From contig CM120645.1 of NCBI GenBank assembly GCA_051362555.1, forward strand, positions 19,406,001 to 19,470,000: 64,000 bases of DNA. Direction: 5' to 3'. The stretch is from Lingula anatina (Eukaryota; Animalia; Brachiopoda). The notes beneath the pieces are model-generated. The model was given only the letters and a program-made list of their open reading frames with translations. It was not told the DNA's origin and ran no database searches. The position numbers and the translations under genes were made by a program. Below are positions 53,102-64,000 of the stretch, piece by piece; position 1 is the stretch's first letter; every line of letters starts with the position of its first letter.

Positions 53102-55848
53102 ATGGCTGCTCGATTACTGAGAATAGAAGCAGCGGTCTTCGCTTTAATTACGATATATATAAGCTGCAAGGCGCAATTTCCAACCGAATCTAGGTAAGTC
53201 GATGAAATTGAGTGCAGTTCGTATGTTTTTTTCCGTGAAGTCTGTCTATTTCGAAAGAAATCTGCTTGAATACGGGACATCTTCTCTGGCTCGATGTCTG
53301 CCTCATAAGGGAGTGAGAGACAGGTGTATAAACATAATGCCTAGCGTTAGATATATGTCGACTTTCCTGTTGTGCAGACACTTACCTTCAGTTGTATTGT
53401 GATGTATTTTGCAATTTATTGACTGTTAATTTTCAAAACCTTTTTACATATCGAAATTGAACACGGCAGTTCTGTATACACGAAGGGAACCTCGTTGAAT
53501 TATAAGAATAGAAAAATAAACAAACAGTCGTGACCCTTTAAACGCGTAGTGTAAACAAAAAATGAGGTAAATGTGTCATGTGCTTTAGAAGTTTATACAG
53601 TTTACAGTTTATGAAAATAAGCTATAAATGAATAGTAATTTTTCTCACCTAGTGGTGTACATGTACGTGTTGGGAATGGGGGGGGGGATCTGAGCTAGGG
53701 TCTTATTGTGGGAAAATCATCACCGTGCCCACACTAGTTTTAGTATCCTTTACTTAACAAGACGTACACAATTTATCGCCAGTGCAGTAAATCTGGGGGT
53801 AAGGGTAGTAACTCATAAATCAAACAAGCTTTAAATACATTAATTATTGCCATTATTACCATTGGTCATATTTTTCTTATGTAGATTAAGTACTAACAAT
53901 GTAAATATGTCACTTGGAAGGTGCGTTAACTCTTCTATCTTATTTCAGCATAAAAACGTGGACAAAAGATCTGAAGCAGTCATTGGATGAATATGTTAGT
54001 AATGTTTTAGGGGAGGCTCAACTACAACAGGTAAGAGTTGATTATGTCAGTTCTGCTAGTGAACTATAGCAGCTAGAATATTGCTACTTGAGCAATCAAG
54101 TAAAAAGAGAAAGCTGCATATACTCCTAATTCCCCCCTCCACTTTTCCCACCTACAATTCAAACATCCAAACATCCAAATATCCAAATTGAAGGTTCACT
54201 AAATGCACATTAAGGAATTCAGTAGCTCAGCATCCAGGTCATATTTTAGGAGTATATTTGGGACGAAGATCACCAAGATACATGTATGTAGTAACTCTTT
54301 GCACATTTTTTAGTGCACTGTGCACAAAAGAGACTAGGTAAATGTCAGGACTCGTACCTACTCAAAGTACATTCTGCTTAGGAGTTTTCCCCTTCATTTT
54401 TAGACCCTAAAACATTTTTTTACTCAGACTTAAAGGGGCTAGAATGTATCCTGTTTACAGTTGATTCTCTTCCACTGACAAGGAATCCAATATAGATATG
54501 GATCCGTTGTGATAATCAAAGAAGAGCCACACAATTAGACCTTGATTTGCAAAGAGAACGCATTGGGGCAAAGATTATGCATGGGTGTGCCAAATGACAT
54601 CAGGCAGAGCTCAGGAAGCCTGAATTCACTGGACTCACTCCAGGATGAAATTTCTTTAAGACAAACGTTAACACTAATAGATGGAGGATTCTGCGGTAGC
54701 CAAATTGACATTTTAAACTGCATCATTATCTGTATAGGGAATTTGGCAGCTTGAAACTGTTCAAAGTTGATTTATATGATGAGTATTGACTGTGATGCAT
54801 ATTGTGGTGGCTGTATTGAAAAGAACCCAGATCACTTATTTAAGGCAGGGCTGTGTAGGTATAATATCAGTATTATTGTTGTTATTATATATATTATATA
54901 TGTATTGTTATTATATTTATTCATGGTGCGCAGCAAGTGTAGCACCACTGAGGCACGAGGAGTAAAGCTTTTTAAATACGTCACGCTTAGTCTCTTTATA
55001 ATATGTTTTCTTATTTGTTTATTTTTTTAATATGTTAGGGTTGCTACCTAAAGTATTGTGGCTGTCACCTGGTAAAGGTTTGCTAGTTGCTGGATACTCA
55101 AACTCCTTTATAAATGCTGGTCAGTCAGGTCAAGTCACATCATACTAAATCGGTCAATATGGGCGGTCAAAGAGTATGTGCATTCTTTATTCTCTGGCAG
55201 AGAAGAGCATTCAAATTGGGTTGTGCATTACTGACATCAGTGTATTTATACCTATTTATAAATAGAACTGCAGAGTCAGGGATAGACTTTCATAAAAAAC
55301 TGAAATATATATTTTTTGCTAAATGCGAAACAAATTTTATTTAATTGAAACTTTTCTCCAAAAATGTTAAGTAAATCATTACAAATATTTCTACAAAGTG
55401 ACCTTAGTTCAGTTTTATTATGTGAGTGTTCAGAATGTTGTGAGAATTCTGTTAGTAATGGTTGTGTGTCTAAGACAAATTACACACAGGGTCATGAAGT
55501 TCCGCCCTATTCAAAGTTGCTGCGATATTTCATATGTTATACATATAGGGAAGGGGATTGGCATCCTTTTCTGGGGTAGTGCTAACACTCACCAATTTAG
55601 CCAAATGCTAAAACTGACTAAGATTGGCTAAAGAAAAAGGGCTTGATTTGACATGTTTTAACCAAATTATAACCATTTTGGTAACAAATTAACAAAAATG
55701 TGGTGATTTGGCTAAGCAAAAAAAATTGCTAGCGCTACCCCAGCTTTTAGAGGATTTCTACCTCTATATGTGGAAAACAGAGTTAAAAAATTACATAATG
55801 ACATATAAATAATTTAATTCTTCACAAATAAGGCAATTTTTTGGTTCC

Positions 55849-55910
<62 letters not shown>

Positions 55911-58364
55911 TCTCAGCCCTGCTTGTAAGTTATGCCAGCTTTGTCTGTGGATAGCTGGAATGGAGTCCATGTGTTTACATGAAAATTGCATACTAAGAGG
56001 ATTTAATAACTTTATTGCAAGCAAGTATTGATCTTAGTTATAGATGGCTCTCTGATTACAGTAATCACTCATGAATTTCAAACACCTCATTTATTCCAGT
56101 ATTTTATTTATTTATTTATTTTAAAATATGAATTATCACCCAAATTATCATACATCCTAAAAAAGAACCCAAGTCTTTCTTTTTCAGCTTTGCTTCTTAT
56201 ATATCAATTGATTCATTTAAAAATTAGTTTTGAGATTTGTAAAGAATTAGTTTTGTTTGAATTTTGTGCAAAATGTGTGTAGTATAGTGGAATGCATAGT
56301 TGTCCTAGAAACTTGTGATGTTACATTCTAAAACACGTACTCCATTTGCAATTGAAAATATTATGATCTTTACTAAAAACTTGAACTGTCTTTTATTTTT
56401 TTAATTTTCGGTACTTGGCTTTTTTTTTCAAATTTATAACAGAAAATATAATAGCTAGTACCTTTATTTCCATTTATGAAAATAGTGAATAAGGTCACTT
56501 GCAAAACTATTTAAAAAATAAAAAGTAGATTAAATTAATGAATAAAAAATTGAATGAATGAATGGAAGAAAGAATTGCTGAATTTAATTCAATATGAATA
56601 CAATAAAAGAAAGAAAGAAACAAAAAGATTAATGAGAAGGTAATTGAAATAAACTAATGAATAAATGGATAAAACAGATAAAAATTTTTATCGACCAACC
56701 AGAGAGAATGCCCACTTCCTACCACAAGTGTTGAAGTTCACTGCACATGAACTTACCTCTGTATTATGTTCAGCATGCATTACTGGGAATTACATTCTGG
56801 GAGTTAAGTGTGAGACTCCCCAGTACTAATATTACTAGGAAATTGAGTGGCTAAGGTTCTTCAGGGAGTTATCGGAACTCATGTACTGTTACCACTGCAT
56901 TAGGTTATGTACACTATTCATTTACAATCCATACTGATAAATCCAGGTAGATTTGAAAAGCTTTAGACAATTGTCTGTGGGAAGTGTATGATTAGGTATT
57001 TTCTATGATGGTGTAAATATTTTGCATTTTATTATCATCTACAGTATATCCCTTTTCAGATGTACTTCCTTTGAGTTTGCCTAGTGTAAACATGCCGTTT
57101 CATGAGATCCATGTCTATATAGTGTTGTATCCTAAGACCACTGCCATCAGGTGTGCTACAAATAGCCTAGAAACCTGATATTTCCAGAACTATTTTTGAT
57201 GCACTCGGCTTACTGGGGGCCCTAAGCTGGATATATTTTGTACACCATAGTATAATCTCTTATTGTGGCTGTATCAAATTAATTACTTAAAGTATAGGCA
57301 GACTGATGGCATTCATGAGTCAGGATAGGATTTTCCAGTGTAATGAAAGTTATCTTGCCTTATTTTATTTTTAAGCAGGTTAATTTTTCTGCGAGAAAAC
57401 AATAATTTTTATGGGTGTATAGGTAATTTGAAAGCCATCTCAAAGAAAAAAAAACTATATGTGTTAAATAATATTGACGTTTTTGTCTTGTAATGGTATG
57501 AATTATTTATTTGTAGTTAACGCACATATTATATCTAGATAGCATTTTTATTCTAATATAAGCAGAGAGTTCAGAACAACAATTATAAACATGCTAAATA
57601 TAGCAATAAAAAAACATGCTAAAATATACATAAAAGAGGGTAATTAGAGATTAATTGATTTATAGTTTGTATTATAAGGTTCGACATACATTCACAGGTA
57701 GAAGTAGAAAATCAAGACAGGGATTGTATGGTTGGGATGTGCAGGGGAGGGGTGGGCTGGATGTTGTCTGTGGTAGAATTCATCATTATTTAGATGGAAG
57801 GATGGGTAGAAAAACTGATAAACATGCAATACAGTACTTGTTCATTCTCTCAGTACTGTTAGCATTGAAGTTTTCAGAACATACAGTAGTATGTAACCAT
57901 GGCAACCCGGAGATGCAAATAATGGCATAGAGGTTGAGGATAAAGGTTTAATTCCATAAAGCAAATAGATTTTGTGTTTGGAATGTTTTGATAAAGGTTA
58001 TTTTACCAAGATGATTTGTTGTACAAATATGTTGAGGGAAGCTCTGTTTTTTAGTGTATGTGTGTTCTTGTGCACTTATTCATTTCCTGGTTAAAACAGT
58101 ACATTAAAAATATATATCATTGATCTATCCTATTGTTGTAAGCCTATTGCTTCCTAGAAATTGTACATTGGAGGTGTTCACCATTCCCTTAGGATTTTGG
58201 AATTTGTTATGTAAACCCTTTCATGAGGGGATAAAATTTGCCAAGAAGAGGATTCACCCCCTGCCTTCTATTCCTCATCACCAACCCTTCTTTTCCCCTC
58301 TTTTCCCATAGCAACTTTTTTTGTGAAATTATTATTATTACTGTTATTATTATAATTATTATTG

Positions 58365-58416
<52 letters not shown>

Positions 58417-61400
58417 ATTGTGCAATTTTGATAATTTTGCTATTCTTCTATGAGCTTAGGTCAACCCCCCCCCCCCCCCCATTTTGATAAGAGACAGGGA
58501 CCTTAATTTTTTCCATCCCCCTCTTCCCACATGTTCCTATGATCATCTCGAATCCTAAAAAACAAAATCTTCACAAAAAATCTTTTGATGATAACTTCTT
58601 ACTTATAATAATCCTAAAAAATGTTTTCATGGTCTTGCAATTTTAATGAGGATCAGTCTAGAAGGGGAAATGCTATTCTTAAGTATATCGGGACACTCAG
58701 TGTTCCTTAATGAAGAGAGCCCCAAAGGGCAATTGATGCATCTAGATATGGAGTAATGGCATTGACTGAAGGCCAAGCCTTTTAGATTCTGCTAAATTTA
58801 ACAACAGCTTAAGAATTATAGTGCTAGTAAAATTTCATTAAGGCCCTTCTATTCTTCTGCTTAGGTAAGTAACTGCCTTGGTGTGTTTGTTTAAATTGAG
58901 TCAGGGCATATAATATCAGAGTGACTGATATTATGTCCATCAAATATTTAATAGTACCTGTGACCATTAAATAAACAGGGCAGAGATATTAAAGCTGAGA
59001 AAAAGAAAGGTTAACAGTAATCTGGCACTTCAGTGAATGGTTAAAAAAAAGTGAAAAGAGGAATTACTTTAGAACAGCAGACTGAATTTATACAAGCCAA
59101 GGAAAAAAATTATGAACATCGAATGTTCAAAAATGATTATTGGACTTTGATAACTTTTAATTACAATTTAAAATGTATATCTTTGAAATTCTGACCTAGC
59201 ATATGTATATCTGATTGCATCACTACTATTTCCTGTTCTTAAGTTGAACTAGTTATGAACACGCCTTGAGAGCCATTGTACCAGAAACAATTTATTTTTA
59301 AAGCCTGTGAGATTTTTTGTTTGTGCTCTTCCTGAATGCTGGTTCATCATCATGGAGTTATGCAAGTGAACAAGGCACTAACTGTGGCTCTCAAAGACTG
59401 GAAGTGACACCTATCATCAATTCACACCCATAATGTGAGTTACATGCCTAAAAGAGAAGTAAACCGGTCATTTTCCAAAATCACGCTTAATTCGATACTG
59501 AGATCTGTTAGTTTCCTAATTGTTAGACACATGGAACGGCAAAATGAAATATGGAGAATTATGATGCATTTACATTGAAGAAGGGTCCATCTTTTTTAGC
59601 AAGCATTATGATTAAGTTGAAATTTTACACACAGGCTTTTGTACTAAGTGTTTATTTATTTATTTATTTATCCAGTCAGCATCTTGCAAAAGCTAAAATA
59701 ATTGAGAACAGTCCCATCATACATTGCAGGTAAACTCAGATTTGTTTGACCTTTTTATGGTTGCTAATGTTTTACGAGTTGATGTATTGATTTAAGCCGA
59801 CTGGTATCTCTGTTGAGAAGACATTGTATTTCCAGATCTCTATGGAGCTACAGTATATATTAGATTAGCACATGCAACAGTTATGACATTTTATCACAAT
59901 AATGGTGTGAGTTTATTGCTCTGATATGCAAAGGGGATAAATATGGTGATGTCCAGTTCCTTTATTCGAATGCCGCATTCACAACAGTGGATTAACTGAT
60001 CTTTGGATCAAATATGGTGACTTACTTAAAAAAGCTTGTTGTATAATGCCCTAATAGACACTGAATGGATTCCCCACAGGGATTGCAAGACAAGCATTCA
60101 AGTGGGTCAGCCATATTTGATCCACAGTTCTGTTAGTTCGCTGTTGTGATTGTGCCCTAATTTCAGAGAGAAGACTTACCAATATAAATATGATCTTGAA
60201 GATCAGTGCTCAGGGCAGTAAGAGGGTGAATTGGTGGGTTTATAATCCCTTTAAATTAAAAAAAGAGAATATGCATTTTTTATTCTTGCTTTGTTTGATA
60301 ATTGCCTAATGTTACTGGTGATATATTTATAATCACCTAAGCAACTTGCGTTGGTTATCTTGAGCCTTGCTCGTAAGTACGTGATACGGAAAGATGGATG
60401 TATCATCTGTTATGTGTTCCTGTGAGTAGCAACGAAGTTCCATTGCAATCACAATGTCCATTTTCTCAAGTTAATGTAAAACTGATTTCAATATAGATGG
60501 TCCTGCATGCAACCTTGTTTCCCATCTTCCATTTACTGGATGTTTCAGTTTAAATTGAACACCAGTTTTATAATGTGCTTTTAATAATGGTGCTACATAA
60601 TATGTAATGTATGAAATATACTAGTACTTTCTTCATTTGTCTTTGATGAAAGTGACAATTAGAATGAGTGGCAGCACTTCCGCAGAGATGCACAGGGATG
60701 ATTTTTTTTCTTTTTTTGACTGCTCAGCAAGTAGTGCCAGGAGATAATTTTTCTTTAAGTCTTTGTTCAGAATAGAAGTCACCGTACAAGCAAGATCGAT
60801 CTACCTCATCAGGGACTATCGCTCAGGTGTGGTCAGTGTAATTGGCTAAATTGTCTGGCATGCCCCCTCTCAAAGCAACATGAACAATATCATGGACCAC
60901 AAAGTTCATTACAGTACCTAGGAACATGAGGGCATGCCAGACTGGACCTTGTCAAGAATCCCTACTGAGATAGATCGACCCTGCTAGTACGATCACTTCT
61001 ATTCTGAACGCTAACCTAATATGTAGGACACAACAATGACAAAAATTGCTTGGCGTAGTTTCAGTTTCAAATGCCCAAGGTTTCAAATTAGCCAGGGACA
61101 ATGTTTACAACAATCATAAGCTAAAAATGGCTGTTTTGTGAATATATGTCAATAGATACATATTCAATGATTTATGGCTTAAATTCAATGAGATAATTGT
61201 TTCCAAGCAAGCAAGACCTGATTATATGTTGGACTAGAAAATTGATCAAACAAATAATTTATATTTTGACTATTGTGTAAACAATTAATGTACTATTTTT
61301 TTCCCTGCTGATTTTGTGTGGTTAGATGAGTCTGTAAACTGGAATAGCTGATTTCCCCAGAGTTTGAAATAAAGCACTTATCTTTTCTCTAAGTGACTTC

Positions 61401-61919
61401 AACTGTAGCTATTTTTATTTTACTGTGTAGGAGTCCTTTTTGATCAACCGTTAGAAGGGAAACTATGCTGTTACTAGTACATATACCCTACCAACACCCC
61501 CACCCCTGTCTATACACATGCATATGTTCATGCTGACACATAAACTTTAATCCTTTCTCCAACTGGTCCATGAACTATTTCTCCCTAAACTTTCTGGCAT
61601 TCTTCTTGTCTGTCTCTTGTGCTCATTACTCTCTCTCTCTCTCTCATAAAATTGTTAAATTCATTTATCATTTCTGTATCAGTACAGAGTATTATTATGT
61701 GACAAGAGTTATCAAACCCTTGAATTTGAAGAATTACAACAATATGCGTTACCCCTTTTCCACCTTTAATATAGTAAATTTACATTAATGTTTTAGAGCT
61801 ACAACAGCTATGATGCCAGCAAGGTCCAGTGGAAGGCAGTCAATGGAGAAGATTTGGTGGAAGAGACAGCAAATAAACTGGGATTAGAGGTCCTTGGGAA
61901 AAAAATTGAAGCTTTAAAG
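53102..61919 (+). CDS. CACNA2D1: Voltage-gated calcium channel alpha2delta subunit (CACNA2D-like), first three exons; gene continues beyond the window
   Basis: Exons 53102-53193 (MAARLLRIEAAVFALITIYISCKAQFPTES, signal peptide, AG|GTAAGT), 53949-54030 (IKTWTKDLKQSLDEYVSNVLGEAQLQQ) and 61797-61919 (SYNSYDASKVQWKAVNGEDLVEETANKLGLEVLGKKIEALK). Phases 2/0/0 are consistent. It resembles the vertebrate alpha2delta-1 N-terminus (FPS..TIKSW...G..QL / LVE.AA..+..+L..+..AL) with matching intron positions. The exact paralog cannot be resolved. Confidence 0.8.
55855..55906. repeat. (CT)n microsatellite
   Basis: Direct reading. Confidence 0.9.
58328..58412. repeat. (ATT)n microsatellite
   Basis: Direct reading. 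It explains the poly-Ile ORFs. Confidence 0.9.
59975..60156. mobile_element. Degenerate palindromic MITE-like foldback
   Basis: TCACAACAGTGGATTAACTGATCTTTGGATCAAATATGGTGACTTACTT pairs imperfectly with AAGTGGGTCAGCCATATTTGATCCACAGTTCTGTTAGTTCGCTGTTGTGA. Confidence 0.65.
60765..61008. mobile_element. Degenerate palindromic MITE-like foldback
   Basis: GTTCAGAATAGAAGTCACCGTACAAGCAAGATCGATCTACCTCA pairs with TGAGATAGATCGACCCTGCTAGTACGATCACTTCTATTCTGAAC. Inner arm GTCTGGCATGCCC / GGGCATGCCAGAC. Confidence 0.72.
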
Positions 61920-64000
61920 GTAAAAATGAATTTCATGTTGTTAGTGTCCAAAAAAATTTATAGTGAATTTCGTCATGAGTAAATAATGATTAAATGATAA
62001 AAAAAAAGGGGGGGGGGGCAGGGAGGGAAGATTGACACTTAATTGAAAGATGAAAATGTTTTTTATTTCTCAGTAAGTAAAATGTGTTTCCAGTGATTTT
62101 GTTACACAGGAAACAATGATAGGTAAGACAAAATTTATTTTTCATTTAAAGGGAAAAAATGTGCACGTTTTTAATCATTTTACAAAACGCAAGAATGTTT
62201 TTCTTTTATGAAATGGGTCACATACCAATTTCTTCATCTAATTAAATGTTCTGCTGTCAAGTTAATGTAGAACAACTGAACTGGAAATGGACCCAAAATC
62301 ACTCTTCAACCTATTTCATTTGACTATCTGTATGGTGCCCTTGTTACTCCCGTCAGTGTCCATTCTGTCTCTACTGAGCAAGGTTTTAGGGCTGCCTCCC
62401 ACTGCCCCCTTCCCCTTAGGGTTATAGGCAGTTTACCTTTATCATGAAAGAAGTTTGTCTTAACATGATCATTTTCAAGGCAAATGACAGGAAAGTGACA
62501 GTTTCTTTTTTAGAAGCAATAGGTTGATAGCTAGGTAACCTTTTGTTCTACTGTTTTTTTTTTCTTCCACAGGGAAAAGATGTCAGTTGGGGACTTTGAA
62601 AAGTACACAGTCTGTTTGTACAGCTGAAAGGTGTAACCTTCAGGGTTTCCTTTTTTGGGGGCCAAAATTATGTTTTTTTTTTCAGTGACAATTTGTTAAA
62701 GACCAAAAGCTGGTCAAATTTCCCTAGTAAGCATAGATAAACTTAAGCAATAACCAAAAATTATATATGCTAGTGGAACTTGGCATTTGCAAGAAATTGA
62801 CTTGAAGAACTATTGTGGTAAAAGGGATAATAACTCTTTGTATATGTATATTTCACAATAAAAAATTGTAAACATTTCATAGAAATGACATAAATTCTGT
62901 TTTACCACAAAAAAAAAAATCGCAGTTATAGCTATTATTCTGATATCTGAGCTTGTCATCAGACCATGTGACCTCCATAGATGGCTATACTCAGTAATAA
63001 TCTCTTAAGAGATTATAACATAAAACCAAACTTTTTAGAAAAAAAAACAGGGACTAACTTGGAATGTATAAAAGGATTCATTAACCACTGGGAAGTATGG
63101 GAAAATTGTTGTTTACTCCGAGAAAATTCATTTTTTGGCCAAAACAAACAGTCATTATCCCTTTAAATTCAAAATAGTCAGAAGGTTTACTGGCTGTTGG
63201 GTGTTTAGCTAGAATTATTCCTGGCCCATTCGTCAAATTGCTCCATTGACTGGACCATTGACTATATATAGGGCTTGAAGCTAGCAAGTTTTGCCATAGC
63301 TGCTTGCAGTTTTCATGTGCATATGCCATAGAGCATATAGGCAAAACTGCCAACAAAAAAAATTTCAGTGTGGGTCTAACCTGTGTAATTTGGGATACTT
63401 GGCAACTAAACATAACAACAGTATTTCTTTACAAATCATTTTGGGTGGCTTTTTTTTATTTTTTTTTTTACATGCCATGTATGATGTATTCCATATTTCA
63501 TTTGTCTTGTTGCTGCTGAGAATATTTCTGTATTTGGGGTAGTTCTGTTAGTGCTGCCACCTATACCTCAGGTGTAGATGTGCAAGTGCTGCCCCCTAAG
63601 ACTTTGGGGTGTTTATGTGCTAGTGCTGCGAAATATGCCAGGGGTAGATGCAAAGTTCTGCCACAGATATTACATTGTTTTAAAAACATCCCCTCCCCTC
63701 TCCTTGTTATTTGTTATTTGTCTGTGTAAACATATAAATCAATTGAAAAGGTGTTTTCAGCTTTTGTGTGCTATATGTCTGGGGGATTTGATGTGTAAAT
63801 GCACTTCTGAAAATCAATGGTAATTCAGTGGTACTTGGTTGAGTTAAACACCCTCTCGAGGATATGACCCCTGGACTGGAGATGGGGGTGAAGAAAAAAA
63901 AATGAAAGTATTACAAAAGTTAGAGCAGGGTACATCGATTAATACCACTGTAATAGTAATTCTGTTGTTCGGTATTTTGATAATTAAAATATGTTTAGGT

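Noticed and set aside
55791-58453. RE-repeat and poly-Ile ORFs
   Set aside because: Translations of (CT)n and (ATT)n microsatellites.
62573-62630. Acceptor-like site as a possible alpha2delta exon 4
   Set aside because: In the required phase 0 it hits TGA after 8 codons, the donor is weak and there is no similarity to alpha2delta.

Overview
AT-rich genomic DNA from an invertebrate animal, probably a lophotrochozoan (inferred from the repeat types and gene content). I reconstructed five genes by hand with phase-consistent GT-AG junctions. (1) The 5' ~2000 codons of Reelin (minus strand, 37 exons, running off the left edge). (2) A complete 3-exon angiopoietin/FGL2-like fibrinogen-domain (FReD) gene nested on the SAME strand in Reelin intron 22, with its own TATA box and poly(A) signal and a splice phase that allows an in-frame Reelin-FReD chimera. 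(3) A complete 12-exon ORC5 (minus). (4) An LHFPL3/4-like tetraspan gene (plus) with a candidate stop-containing cassette exon that swaps in a class I PDZ-binding tail. (5) The first three exons of a voltage-gated calcium channel alpha2delta (CACNA2D-like) gene (plus), which the ORF track misses. The order and orientation RELN(-) ORC5(-) LHFPL3(+) match human 7q22. Introns carry a 3.7-kb DNA transposon with ~570-bp TIRs enclosing a dead Tc1 transposase, a Helentron-type non-autonomous element, several MITE families and microsatellites. No database search was run: comparisons to vertebrate genes are from memory and need verification.
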